A stretch of 64,000 nucleotides of DNA from assembly GCA_963779415.1 (NCBI GenBank), contig CAVZYA010000002.1, forward strand, positions 32,001 to 96,000, written 5' to 3'. Made by a program: the position numbers and the translations under genes. This stretch comes from an uncultured Acidobacteriota bacterium. Its GTDB lineage: Bacteria > Acidobacteriota > Thermoanaerobaculia > UBA5066. Within the stretch, counting starts at the first letter, position 1, and each line of letters starts with the position of its first letter. The notes beneath the pieces are model-generated. The model ran no database searches. It saw nothing but the letters and a program-made list of their open reading frames with translations, and had not been told where the DNA came from. Shown here one piece after another: positions 48,809 to 58,610 of the stretch.

Positions 48809-51800
48809 ATGAAGAGACGCTCATTCCCGGCGGCCGGCCTCCTTTCTCTCCTCGGCCTTTTCGGCCTTGCGCGGGGACTCGCTGCCCAGCCACTCCCCGA
48901 GAGCCTCTTCTCGGGAATGCGATGGCGTCTCGTCGGTCCGTTCCGGGGGGGACGCACCGTCACCGCGGCGGGCGTCCCCGGCCATCCCCACCGCTTCTAC
49001 TTCGGCGCCGTGGGGGGCGGCGTCTGGCGCAGCGACAACGCGGGACGGACCTGGGAGCCGATCTTCGACTCTCAGCCCGTCGCCTCGATCGGCGCCCTCG
49101 CCGTCGCCCCCTCGAATCCGGACGTTCTCTACGTCGGCTCGGGCGAGGCCGACATGCGCTCGGACATCTCCTATGGAAACGGCGTCTACCGGTCGGCGGA
49201 CGGCGGAAAGAGCTGGACCCACCTCGGCCTCTCCGACTCCCGGCAGATCGGCCAGATCCTCGTCGACCCCAACGACCCGAACCTCGTCTTCGTCGCGGCT
49301 CTCGGGCACGCCTACGGGCCGAACAGAGAGCGCGGCGTCTTCCGGTCGAAGGACGGCGGAAAGAGCTGGGCGAACGTTCTTTTCAGGGACGAGAACACCG
49401 GCGCGGCCGACCTCGCCTTCCAGCCCGGAAACAGCAGAACGATTCTCGCCTCCCTCTGGCAGACGCGGCGCCCCCCATGGAACGTCTATGCCCCGTCGAA
49501 CGGCCCCGGAAGCGGACTCTGGCGGTCGGAGGATGGTGGCGACACGTGGAAGCAGATGACGGCCGGCCTCCCCTCCGAAGGGCTCGGGAGGATCCGGGTC
49601 GCCTTCGCCCCTTCCGACCCCCGGCGCGCGTACGCCATCGTCGACGCGAAGGAGGGGGGTCTCTTCGTCTCCGAAGACACCGGGGTGACGTGGAAGAAGG
49701 TGAATGGCGACCGACGCCTCTGGGGTCGCGGCTGGTATTTCGCCGGCGTCACCGTCGACCCGAAGGACCCGAACGTCGTCTACGCGCTCAACACGGGGAT
49801 CTTCCGGTCGGCCGACGGCGGCAGGACGTTTCTTCCCTTCAAGGGCGCTCCCGGCGGGGATGATTACCACCGGCTCTGGATCGACCCTGCCGACCCGCAC
49901 CGGATGATCGTGGCGAGCGATCAAGGGGCGGTCGTCACCGTAGACGGCGGCCGGACGTGGAGCAGCTGGTACAACCAGCCGACCGCGCAGTTCTACCATG
50001 TGATCACCGACGACCGGTTCCCGTACTGGATCTACGGCGCGCAGCAGGACAGCGGGGCCGCCGCGACCTCTTCGCGCACCGACTACCGCGCCATCACGCG
50101 GCGCGACTGGAAAGAGATCGCCGCCGGGGGCGAGAACGGCACCATCGTGCCCGATCCGATGAACCCCGACATCCTCTGGGGCGGAACGGTCGGTCGGTTC
50201 GACATGCGGAACCTCCAGGACCTCGACGTCGACCCGACGCTCGCCTGGCCGGGCGACTACCGGAGAACGTGGACGCTTCCGCTCGCGATTTCGCCGCGCA
50301 ATCCGAAGGCCATCACCTTCGGAAACCAGTTCCTCTTCCGGACGACGGACGGCGGAAGGCACTGGGAGAGGGTCAGCGCCGACCTGACCCGCGAGAACCC
50401 GGGCGTCCCGACGACGCTCGACCCCGCCACGGCCGGGGACTCGGGGGTGAAAGGGCCGCGCCGCGGCGTCATCTATGCGATCGCGATCTCTCCGGTCGTC
50501 GACGGGCGGATCTGGTGCGGGACGGACGACGGCCTCGTCTGGCTCTCGCGCGACGACGGGGAAAGCTGGACCGACGTCACGCCGAAGGCCCTCACCCCGT
50601 GGTCGAAAATCGGCATCCTCGAAGCCTCGCATTTCGACGCGGAGACCGCCTACGCCGCCGTCGACCGGCACCGTCTCGACGACGTCGCGCCCTACGTCTA
50701 TCGGACCCGGGACGGCGGGAAGAGCTGGGCGCTCGTCAGGAAGGGGATCCCCGAGGGGAGCTATGTCCACGTCGTCCGCGAGGACCCGGTCCGCCGCGGG
50801 CTACTCTATGCCGGCACGGAGACCGGCGTCTTCGTCTCGTTCGACGACGGCGACGACTGGCAGCCTCTCCAGCGGAACCTCCCGAATTGCTCCATCCGTG
50901 ACATCGACGCACGGCACGGAGATCTCGTCGTCGCGACGCACGGCCGGTCGTTCTGGGTGCTGGACGATCTTTCGCCTCTCCGGCAGATCGACGCGAAGGT
51001 CGCGGCCGAGAGCGCCTTTCTCTTCGCCCCACGGGCGGCCGTCCGTCTCCATCCCGCGCCGTTCCTCGGCACTCCCGAGCCGAAGGACGAGCCGATGGGA
51101 GAGAACCCGCCGCGCGGCGCCTTCCTCGACTACGTCCTCGGGGCCGACGCGCCCGGCCCGGTGACGCTCGAGATCCTCGACGCGAACGGAGGGCTCGTCC
51201 GACGCTTCTCGAGCGACGAGAAGCCGCGCGGGCCCGATCTCTCACGCATCGTCGTCACGCCGGACTGGGTGGCCACCCCGGAGCCCCCCTCCGCCGCAGC
51301 CGGAATGCACCGGTTCGTCTGGGACCTCCGGTATCCCCTTCCGAAGGAGCTTGCCGGCGTGGCCGGATCCTTCCGCGGAAGCTCCGGCCCGTGGGCCCCG
51401 CCCGGGCGGTACACCGTCCGTCTGACCGCGGCCGGAAAGACCCTCACGCAGCCTCTCGAAGTCGTCAAGGACCCGCGGCTCGGCCCGGCCGTTGCCGACG
51501 CCGATCTCGTCCGTCAGTTCCGGCTCGCAAGCGACATTCAGGCTGAGCGCGTCGGTGTGGCCGTGGCCCTGCGCCAGGCCAGCGCCCTTCGAATGCAGGT
51601 TGCCGCGCTGAAGACGGAGAAGCGCCCTGCCCCGCCCGTCATGACCGCTCTCGCCACTTTCACGAAGACACTCGACCGGGCCGCCGGCCCTCCGGCCCCG
51701 GGCTCCGGCGAGGACTTCTGGGACACCGAGGAGATCGACCCGACCAGCCTGCGACGCCTCTCGACCTCTCTCTCCGCCCTTCAGAACGCCGTCGAGAGCG

Positions 51801-51961
51801 CCGACGCGGCTCCGACTCCCGACGCCCTCACCGGCTTCGCCGCGAGGAAGAAGATGGTGGACGAGGGCCTCGCCCGGTGGAAGAACCTCGTCGCGATCGA
51901 GCTTCCCGCCGCAAACAGGGCCCTTCAGGATGCCGGCCTCGCCGCGCTGAAGACCGACTGA
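48809..51961 (+). CDS. Secreted VPS10/BNR-repeat glycosyl-hydrolase-like protein
   Basis: Signal peptide; WRLVGPFRGGR, repeated S.DGG.SW Asp-boxes, GDDYH and ATHGRSFW. Confidence 0.87.
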   Translation: MKRRSFPAAGLLSLLGLFGLARGLAAQPLPESLFSGMRWRLVGPFRGGRTVTAAGVPGHPHRFYFGAVGGGVWRSDNAGRTWEPIFDSQPVASIGALAVAPSNPDVLYVGSGEADMRSDISYGNGVYRSADGGKSWTHLGLSDSRQIGQILVDPNDPNLVFVAALGHAYGPNRERGVFRSKDGGKSWANVLFRDENTGAADLAFQPGNSRTILASLWQTRRPPWNVYAPSNGPGSGLWRSEDGGDTWKQMTAGLPSEGLGRIRVAFAPSDPRRAYAIVDAKEGGLFVSEDTGVTWKKVNGDRRLWGRGWYFAGVTVDPKDPNVVYALNTGIFRSADGGRTFLPFKGAPGGDDYHRLWIDPADPHRMIVASDQGAVVTVDGGRTWSSWYNQPTAQFYHVITDDRFPYWIYGAQQDSGAAATSSRTDYRAITRRDWKEIAAGGENGTIVPDPMNPDILWGGTVGRFDMRNLQDLDVDPTLAWPGDYRRTWTLPLAISPRNPKAITFGNQFLFRTTDGGRHWERVSADLTRENPGVPTTLDPATAGDSGVKGPRRGVIYAIAISPVVDGRIWCGTDDGLVWLSRDDGESWTDVTPKALTPWSKIGILEASHFDAETAYAAVDRHRLDDVAPYVYRTRDGGKSWALVRKGIPEGSYVHVVREDPVRRGLLYAGTETGVFVSFDDGDDWQPLQRNLPNCSIRDIDARHGDLVVATHGRSFWVLDDLSPLRQIDAKVAAESAFLFAPRAAVRLHPAPFLGTPEPKDEPMGENPPRGAFLDYVLGADAPGPVTLEILDANGGLVRRFSSDEKPRGPDLSRIVVTPDWVATPEPPSAAAGMHRFVWDLRYPLPKELAGVAGSFRGSSGPWAPPGRYTVRLTAAGKTLTQPLEVVKDPRLGPAVADADLVRQFRLASDIQAERVGVAVALRQASALRMQVAALKTEKRPAPPVMTALATFTKTLDRAAGPPAPGSGEDFWDTEEIDPTSLRRLSTSLSALQNAVESADAAPTPDALTGFAARKKMVDEGLARWKNLVAIELPAANRALQDAGLAALKTD

Positions 51962-51976
51962 GAAGAGGCGGGGCGC

Positions 51977-53947
51977 CTACTCGGCCTTCACGAGCGGCAG
52001 CTCGACGAAGCTGGCCCGGCCCGGCGCGTGGTAGACGCGTTGCGTGGCCTTCGTGTAGTCGCCCGGCTTCGCCCAGAAGATGCTCGGCACGAAGGTCTGG
52101 GGGTTGCGGTCGTAGAGCGGGAACCAGCTCGACTGCACCTGCACCATGATCCGGTGCCCCGGCTTGAAGACGTGGTTCGCCGTCGGGAGGGCGAAGCGGT
52201 ACGAGAGCGGCTTTCCCGGTTCGAGGGCCTTCGGCGTCTCGAAGCTCTCGCGGTAGCGCCCCCGGAAGATGTCCATCGAAACCGCCAGCTGGTAGCCCCC
52301 CATCTCCGGCTGCCCCGCCACCTCGTCGGGCCAGACGTCGATCAGCTTCACCACCCAGTCGGAGTCCGTTCCGCTCGTCGAGGCGACCAGGTTCGCGACC
52401 GGCTCTCCGCTGATCTTCACCGGCTCCTCGAGGACGTCCGTCACGAAGACGGCGACGTCCGGCCGTCCCGACGCCTCGCGCTGGTCGTCCACCAGCCATA
52501 GCGGCCACGTCATTCCGTTGTCGTATCCCACCGGCTGGATCGGCCGCGCGCGGAACGGCACCGGTTTGGCCGGGTCCGAAATCCACTCCGTGTACGCCGC
52601 CCCGCCGCTCTTCGGCGCGGCGAAGCCGAGCGTCGATCCCGCCCCGAGGTAGAGAGGCGTCGCCTTCACCGTGCAGCCGCTCGCGCATCCGGCCGGCCAC
52701 GCCGGGAGCCGGCGCCAGACGTTCGTCCCCGTCTCGAACGCCATCACGGCCGGCAGGTTCGCCTTCGGAGCTCCCTCCTTCAGGTACTGGTCGAGGAACG
52801 GCAGGAGGATCTCCCGGCGGAAGGTCAGCGCCGTGTCGCTGTCGAACCGGATCGCCCCGAGCGAGCTTCCGTCCTTGATCTCCTGTGCGTGATGCCACGG
52901 CCCCATCACGAGGAAGACCTTGTCGTTTCCCGCGTCCTTCGGCTTGATCGCTCTCCAGACGGCCAGGGCGCCGTAGATGTCTTCCTGGTCCCAGAGGCTG
53001 TGGACCAGCATCACCGGCACTTTCAGCGGCTGCGCGGCCAGCACCTTGTCCACCGTCTGGTCGCGCCAGAACGCGTCGTACGCGGGGTGCTCGAGGATCT
53101 TCCGCCAGAAGCCCACCTGCTCGAGCCCGCGGCGCTTCGCCAGCTCGCCGGCCGACCCCGCCTCCATGAACATGTCGTAGTCGTCGCGGTGGCTCGTCCA
53201 CCACTTCGCGTCGTTCTTCCGCGTCGCCACCTGCTCGTAGATGTACGGGAGGTTCTGCTGGCGGAACGCGCCGTAGTGGAACCAGTCGTCCCCCATCCAG
53301 CCGTCCACCATCGGGTTCATCGGCACCGACACCTTCAGCGCCGGATGCGGGTTGACGAGAGCCATCAGCGGCAGGAAGCCGTCGTACGAGATGCCGAGGA
53401 TCCCGACCCGCCCGTTCGACTCCGGGACGTTCTTCACGAGCCAGTCGATCGTGTCGTACGTGTCCGTCGCGTGGTCCACCGGCGTCGGGTTCTGCGGGCC
53501 GGAGAGGGGGCGGTTCATCACGTAGTCCCCTTCCGAGCCGTACTTGCCGCGGACGTCCTGGACGACGCGGATGTAGCCCCCCTCGATGATCGTCTCGACC
53601 GCGTTGTCGTATCCGTCGAGGCTCGGGGCGAGGTGGGCGCTCTCCCGCCGCGTCGTCAGCTCCGTTGCGTCGTAGGGCGTCCGCGTCAGGAGCATCGGCG
53701 CTCCCTTCGCCCCCTTCGGCAGGAGGATCACCGTGTGCAGCTTCACCCCGTCGCGCATCGGGATCATCACGTCGCGCCGCTCGTAGTCGAAGCCGTGGTT
53801 CGTCGGCTTGAACTCGGCGGGGGTCTCGCTCGGCAGCGCCGGGTACATCGGCGGCGCCGACTGTCCGAGGGTCATGGTGGAGAGCCAGAGCGCCCCGACG
53901 ACCGGCGCCATGACGAACAATGTCCGAACGCGACGGGAACGAGTCAT
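51977..53947 (-). CDS. CocE/NonD family hydrolase (alpha-amino acid ester hydrolase / glutaryl-7-ACA acylase-like)
   Basis: IPMRDGVKL, RTPY, QDVRG, GISYDG nucleophile, WDQED and GPWHH. Confidence 0.9.
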   Translation of the reverse strand: MTRSRRVRTLFVMAPVVGALWLSTMTLGQSAPPMYPALPSETPAEFKPTNHGFDYERRDVMIPMRDGVKLHTVILLPKGAKGAPMLLTRTPYDATELTTRRESAHLAPSLDGYDNAVETIIEGGYIRVVQDVRGKYGSEGDYVMNRPLSGPQNPTPVDHATDTYDTIDWLVKNVPESNGRVGILGISYDGFLPLMALVNPHPALKVSVPMNPMVDGWMGDDWFHYGAFRQQNLPYIYEQVATRKNDAKWWTSHRDDYDMFMEAGSAGELAKRRGLEQVGFWRKILEHPAYDAFWRDQTVDKVLAAQPLKVPVMLVHSLWDQEDIYGALAVWRAIKPKDAGNDKVFLVMGPWHHAQEIKDGSSLGAIRFDSDTALTFRREILLPFLDQYLKEGAPKANLPAVMAFETGTNVWRRLPAWPAGCASGCTVKATPLYLGAGSTLGFAAPKSGGAAYTEWISDPAKPVPFRARPIQPVGYDNGMTWPLWLVDDQREASGRPDVAVFVTDVLEEPVKISGEPVANLVASTSGTDSDWVVKLIDVWPDEVAGQPEMGGYQLAVSMDIFRGRYRESFETPKALEPGKPLSYRFALPTANHVFKPGHRIMVQVQSSWFPLYDRNPQTFVPSIFWAKPGDYTKATQRVYHAPGRASFVELPLVKAE

Positions 53948-54055
53948 CCGTGAGCCCCCCCGGCGGTCATCCAATCCGATTCCTGAAAAAAGGAATGATG
54001 ACACGTGAGCGGAGCCGGGCCGTTGGCGCTAAAATGGTTCCGTTCCGGAGGCACC

Positions 54056-54286
54056 ATGCCCCTCAGCCTCTCCATCAAGAACGTCCCCGACGAGCTGGCG
54101 AAGCATCTGCGGGATCGCGCCGAACGAAACCGTCGTTCCCTGCAGCGGGAGCTGCTCGTCATTCTCGAAGAGGCGGCGACGCCACGGGTCGCTCCCCGCG
54201 AGGCCCTCGAGCGGATTCGGGCGATGGGCTTGAAGACGCCTGCGGAGTCCGTGCGGATGATCCGGAAGCTGCGCGATGCCCGTTAA
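54056..54286 (+). CDS. vapB: Arc/RHH antitoxin (FitA/VapB-like)
   Basis: LSIKNVPDEL...LRDRAERNRRSLQREL; GGAGG RBS; overlaps the PIN gene. Confidence 0.85.
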   Translation: MPLSLSIKNVPDELAKHLRDRAERNRRSLQRELLVILEEAATPRVAPREALERIRAMGLKTPAESVRMIRKLRDAR

Positions 54287-54653
54287 GGTCGCCGACGCCT
54301 CCGTTGTCGCTGCCCTCGTTTTCGGCGAGCCCGAGGCAGGCGAGGCGGCGACCCTTCTTTCGGACGCGGAGCTGGTCGCCCCATCCCTCCTGAAGTTCGA
54401 GCTGGCCAACACCGCGTGGAAGAAAGCCACCCGCCAACCGGAGAAGGCGTCTCTCATCGCTGCCGGCCTGCGCCTGGCGCTCGAGCTCGACATCCGCTAC
54501 GTCGATGTCGACCATGAGGCGGTTCTCGACCTCGCGCTGGAGAAAAACCTCTCGGCCTACGATGCTTGCTACCTGTGGCTTGCCCGGACCCTCAAGGCCC
54601 CCCTCGCGACATTCGACACGAGACTGAAGCGCGTCCGGCCTCGCGCTCACTGA
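54276..54653 (+). CDS. vapC: PIN-domain toxin
   Basis: VADASV, E..N, LSAYDACYL and LATFD. Confidence 0.9.
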   Translation: MPVKVADASVVAALVFGEPEAGEAATLLSDAELVAPSLLKFELANTAWKKATRQPEKASLIAAGLRLALELDIRYVDVDHEAVLDLALEKNLSAYDACYLWLARTLKAPLATFDTRLKRVRPRAH

Positions 54654-54672
54654 CCTGCCGCCGCCCGCTCCC

Positions 54673-56442
54673 TCACGCGATCTCGAGCCAGCCGAACCAG
54701 ACGGGGTGGTTCGCGCGGTACCACGTCAGCACCTGCCGGATGATCTCCTGCTTCTCGCGAGGAACGACCTTCTCGTCGAGGCGGTCGAAGTGGACGCGCA
54801 CCGTCTCCCCGTCGTGCTCGAGCGCCTGCGACAGCATCGTCTGGAGCTCGTTGCGAATCCGCCCCGAGTCGGAGACCTTCACCGGGCGGGTCGTGTAGTC
54901 GACCCCCGACATGAACCGGACGAGGAGCGGGCTGAAGACGTGCCGCGCCGTGTCGAGCGGCTCCATCAGCCGGAAGGTGAACGTGATGCGGCTCGCGGCC
55001 TGGTGCGTGGCCAGCCGCGTCGTCACCCGGTAGACGCCGTCGGCCAGGCGCGTCACGCCGCGCGTCCCCGTGTAGGGGTCGTCGCAGACGTAGCCGGTCG
55101 AGGCCAGCACGTGCCAGTGCTTCCCGGGGAGAAAGTCGTCGGGCCTGAGCGCCGGCCGGCCGAGCGGGACGTTCGACGCGGCCGCCTCGCGGATCGCCTC
55201 CGCGTACGACCGCACTCTCCCCGCCTCCACCTCCCCGCCCCCGACCATCTCCGCCACCCTCCGCGCGAAGTCGGGAGCGGCCGGGTCGAGCTGCATCAAC
55301 TCTCCTTCCGTCCGACACGGCAGCTCGAAGCTGGGGGAGAACAGCGCCATCGACGCGTCGACGTCGAGCACCTCGGAAAGGCTGGCGGCCTGCATGGCCT
55401 CGGCCGTCGCCGCGTAGCCGTCACAGAGAAAGAGGTGCGTCGCCCCGGCGGCGTCCCTCCAGCTTCCGACGAGGAACGTCGGGGCATACGTCCCCGAGTC
55501 GGTAAAGACCTCGAGGCCCGAGGGCGCCTTCCAGCCGTCCTCCACGAGGTGCACTCCCAGCGCCGTCCACTCCTCCCACAGCCTTCCGAGCCGTCCCTCG
55601 CGGCTTTTCCCCTGGAGCGTCCAGACGTGGACGTTCTCGCGGCGGATGCCGGGGTAGGCCCTCTCGATCGCATGGACGACCTCGGCGCGCGGCGTCCGGT
55701 AATCGAGCAGCAGCGACGCGCGGTCGGCCGCCTCGGCCACGCGCCGTGGAACCGTGAGGCATCCCATGTACGACTCGTAAGGGCGCGCGAGGACGAGCGG
55801 CGAGTCGAAGAGGTGGAAGACCGCCATCGGGCCCGTCGCCTTCCCTTCGGCGAAGCGGGAGGTGTTCTCCAGCGTGTCGACGGCCGCGCCCCAGAGCGTG
55901 ATCCCGCGCTTCTGCAGCCAGCCGTGAAAATGCTCGAACGTGTGTCCCGGCTCGTTCAGGAGGCGCCGCACCCTTCGTTCCACCATCCGCGCGACCTCGG
56001 GACGCGCGTAGACGCGGCCGAAGCCGAGGAGCGGGTTCGCGCCCATCTCGGGCGACTCCCCCGCCTTCGGCATCAACCCCTCCCCGAGGGAGACCATGAT
56101 CGCGTGGTTTTCGGGGAGCGTCCGCGTCAGATGCCACAGCCCCTCGCTCATCACGTAGGCGCTGATGGCATCCGCTCCCTTCTTCACCTGGTTGTAGGTG
56201 GCCTTGTCCTTCCCCGCCCCCTCGCCATATCCGCCGAAGAGCCGGGTCCCGAGCGCCGTGGCGGCCGAGGTCATCGCGACGCAGCGCGTGATCCCGCGCG
56301 GCGCGAACGCGAAAGTCGAGACCGGCTCGGGCTGCGAGCGCTCCACTTCCACGTCCTCCAGCCAGAGGTGAAAACGGAGCAGCACCGGACGCGTGTCGAA
56401 AGCCCACTGGGCGATCAGGTTTCGCTTCTCGATGTCCGTCAT
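54673..56442 (-). CDS. Hypothetical protein with a divergent GlpX (class II FBPase)-like core and an extra C-terminal region
   Basis: KKGAD, SLGEG, AVDTLENT, YM and AATAE occur in the same order as GlpX K..AD, IGEG, AVDPLEGT, YM and GAPE; GAGAGG RBS. Confidence 0.6.
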   Translation of the reverse strand: MTDIEKRNLIAQWAFDTRPVLLRFHLWLEDVEVERSQPEPVSTFAFAPRGITRCVAMTSAATALGTRLFGGYGEGAGKDKATYNQVKKGADAISAYVMSEGLWHLTRTLPENHAIMVSLGEGLMPKAGESPEMGANPLLGFGRVYARPEVARMVERRVRRLLNEPGHTFEHFHGWLQKRGITLWGAAVDTLENTSRFAEGKATGPMAVFHLFDSPLVLARPYESYMGCLTVPRRVAEAADRASLLLDYRTPRAEVVHAIERAYPGIRRENVHVWTLQGKSREGRLGRLWEEWTALGVHLVEDGWKAPSGLEVFTDSGTYAPTFLVGSWRDAAGATHLFLCDGYAATAEAMQAASLSEVLDVDASMALFSPSFELPCRTEGELMQLDPAAPDFARRVAEMVGGGEVEAGRVRSYAEAIREAAASNVPLGRPALRPDDFLPGKHWHVLASTGYVCDDPYTGTRGVTRLADGVYRVTTRLATHQAASRITFTFRLMEPLDTARHVFSPLLVRFMSGVDYTTRPVKVSDSGRIRNELQTMLSQALEHDGETVRVHFDRLDEKVVPREKQEIIRQVLTWYRANHPVWFGWLEIA

Positions 56443-56571
56443 GGCAGCCTCTCGAAGTGGGGACGAGGACTTGTTCTCGGAAGTATCTCAGGGGAAGGGT
56501 CGCCGGGGCACCGGTCTGCGTGGTCTCGGGGCGATTGCCGCGGCATAGACTTCCTTCCGAAGGAGATTCCC

Positions 56572-58602
56572 ATGGCTCTACGTACGGCCGTCACGCTGAC
56601 TCTCACGTTCCTCGTCGCCTTTTCCGTGCGGGCGCAGCAGCCGGTGCCCGTCCCCCCCGCGAAGGCCGGCGCCGCCCCCGTTCTCGCCTCGGAGCGCGTG
56701 GAGAAGGACTCGCCGCGCGCCACCCCCGCCGGGACGACCTTCATGGCGCCCGCCGGCTGGAGGATGACGACGAAGGGGGCGATGGTCCTCCTCGATCCGC
56801 CCGAGGCCGACTCGCACGTCGCGATCGTGGACGCGACGGCGAAGGACGCCGACGCCGCCGTCGCCGCGGCGTGGGCCGCGTACAAGCCGGACTTCTCCCG
56901 CCCGCTGAAGATCTCCATGCCGCAGACCGCTCGCGAGGGCTGGGACGAGCGGAAGGTCTACGAGTACGAGACGTCGCCGAACGAGCGGGTCGTCGTCAGC
57001 GCCATGGCATGGCGTGCCGGAGACGCCTGGACGGTGATCCTCCTCGACGGATCCGAGCCGACGTTCGAGAAGCGAGGTGCGCCGACCAACCTCGTGATCC
57101 AGAGCATCCGGCCGAAGGGGTATACCCGCGAGTCGTTCGCCGGGAAGAAGGCCCATCCGCTGGACGAGAAGAGGCTGGCGATCCTGAAGGAGTTCGTCGC
57201 GAGCGGGATGAAGACGTTCGACGTGCCGGGAGTGGGGCTGGCCTTCCTCGACGGCGGGAAGACCGTCTGGGCGGGCGGCCTCGGCGTGAAGGAGCTGGGG
57301 AAGCCCGACCCGGTCGACGCCGACACGCTCTTCATCGCCGCGTCGAACACGAAGGCGCTGACGACGCTCCTCCTCGCCGAGCTGGTGGACGAGGGGAAGA
57401 TGCGCTGGGACCAGCCGGTGACGGAGCTGTTCCCGGCGTTCAAGCTGGGGGACGAGGCGACGACGAAGCAGGTCCTCGTGAAGCACCTCATCTGCGCCTG
57501 CACGGGGATGCCGCGGCAGGACATGGAGTGGCTCTTCGAGTATGCGAACGAAACCCCTGCCTCGGCCGTGAAGCTCCTCGGGACGATGCAGCCGACCAGC
57601 CGCTTCGGCGAGGTCTTCCAGTACAGCAACCTGATGGCGGCCGCCGCCGGGTTCATCGGCGGGTCGAAGGCCGTCCCCGGGAAAGAGTGGGGAGCCGCCT
57701 ATGACGAGGCGATGCGGACGAAAGTCTTCGAGCCGCTCGGGATGACGACGACCACGTTCGACTTCGCGAAGGCCCTGAAGGGAGACGTTGCCCAGCCGCA
57801 CGGCGACGACGTGGACGGAAAGGTGACGCGCGGACGAATGGACCTGAACTACTCCGTCGTCCCGGTTCGCCCGGCGGGAGGGGTCTGGACGAGCCCGCGC
57901 GAGTTGGCGAAATACGTGGAGATGGAGCTCGCCAAGGGCCTGCTCCCGAATGGCAAGCGTCTGGTTTCCGAGGAGAACCTCCTCGCGAGGCGAAAGCCGC
58001 AGATCCTCCTCGCCGAGGACGCCTCGTACGGGATGGCCCTGATGGTCGACACGAAGTACCGGATTCCCGTGGTCCACCACGGCGGCGACCTCGCCGGGTT
58101 CCACAGCGACATGATCTGGCTGCCGGAGCATGGCGTGGGGGCCGTGATCCTGACGAACGCCGATTCGGGCGTCTACCTCCGCGGGCCGCTTCTGCGCCGA
58201 CTGCTCGAGGTTCTGTTCGACGGGAAGCCCGAGGCCGAGCAGGTGCTGAAGGTGTCCGCAGCACAGCGGAAGGCCGCCATCGCGAAGGAGCGCGAGCGGC
58301 TCGTCGTGCCGGCCGACCCGGCCGCCGCCGCGAAGCTGGCTCCGCGTTACACGAACCCGTCACTCGGCGAGCTGAAGTTCCTTCGCGAGGGGACGGCTAC
58401 CCTCGTCGACGTCGGCGAGTGGAAGAGCACCGTCGCTTCGAGGAAGAACGACGACGGGACGATCTCCTTCATCACGATCGACCCGACGCTTGCGGGATTC
58501 GAGTTCGTCGTGGCGGACAAGGACGGGAAGCGCCGGCTGATCACGCGCGACGCGCAGCACGAGTACGTCTTCGAGGAGGCGGCGAAGGCTGCGAAGCCCT
58601 GA
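56572..58602 (+). CDS. Secreted serine hydrolase, beta-lactamase class C-like family
   Basis: AAGGAG RBS before ATG 56572; signal peptide; ASNTK (SxxK), YSN and HGG. Confidence 0.88.
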   Translation: MALRTAVTLTLTFLVAFSVRAQQPVPVPPAKAGAAPVLASERVEKDSPRATPAGTTFMAPAGWRMTTKGAMVLLDPPEADSHVAIVDATAKDADAAVAAAWAAYKPDFSRPLKISMPQTAREGWDERKVYEYETSPNERVVVSAMAWRAGDAWTVILLDGSEPTFEKRGAPTNLVIQSIRPKGYTRESFAGKKAHPLDEKRLAILKEFVASGMKTFDVPGVGLAFLDGGKTVWAGGLGVKELGKPDPVDADTLFIAASNTKALTTLLLAELVDEGKMRWDQPVTELFPAFKLGDEATTKQVLVKHLICACTGMPRQDMEWLFEYANETPASAVKLLGTMQPTSRFGEVFQYSNLMAAAAGFIGGSKAVPGKEWGAAYDEAMRTKVFEPLGMTTTTFDFAKALKGDVAQPHGDDVDGKVTRGRMDLNYSVVPVRPAGGVWTSPRELAKYVEMELAKGLLPNGKRLVSEENLLARRKPQILLAEDASYGMALMVDTKYRIPVVHHGGDLAGFHSDMIWLPEHGVGAVILTNADSGVYLRGPLLRRLLEVLFDGKPEAEQVLKVSAAQRKAAIAKERERLVVPADPAAAAKLAPRYTNPSLGELKFLREGTATLVDVGEWKSTVASRKNDDGTISFITIDPTLAGFEFVVADKDGKRRLITRDAQHEYVFEEAAKAAKP

Positions 58603-58610
58603 CGGCGCGG

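Noticed and set aside
54056-54653. VapBC pair as a novel system
   Set aside because: Canonical RHH antitoxin plus PIN toxin with standard motifs
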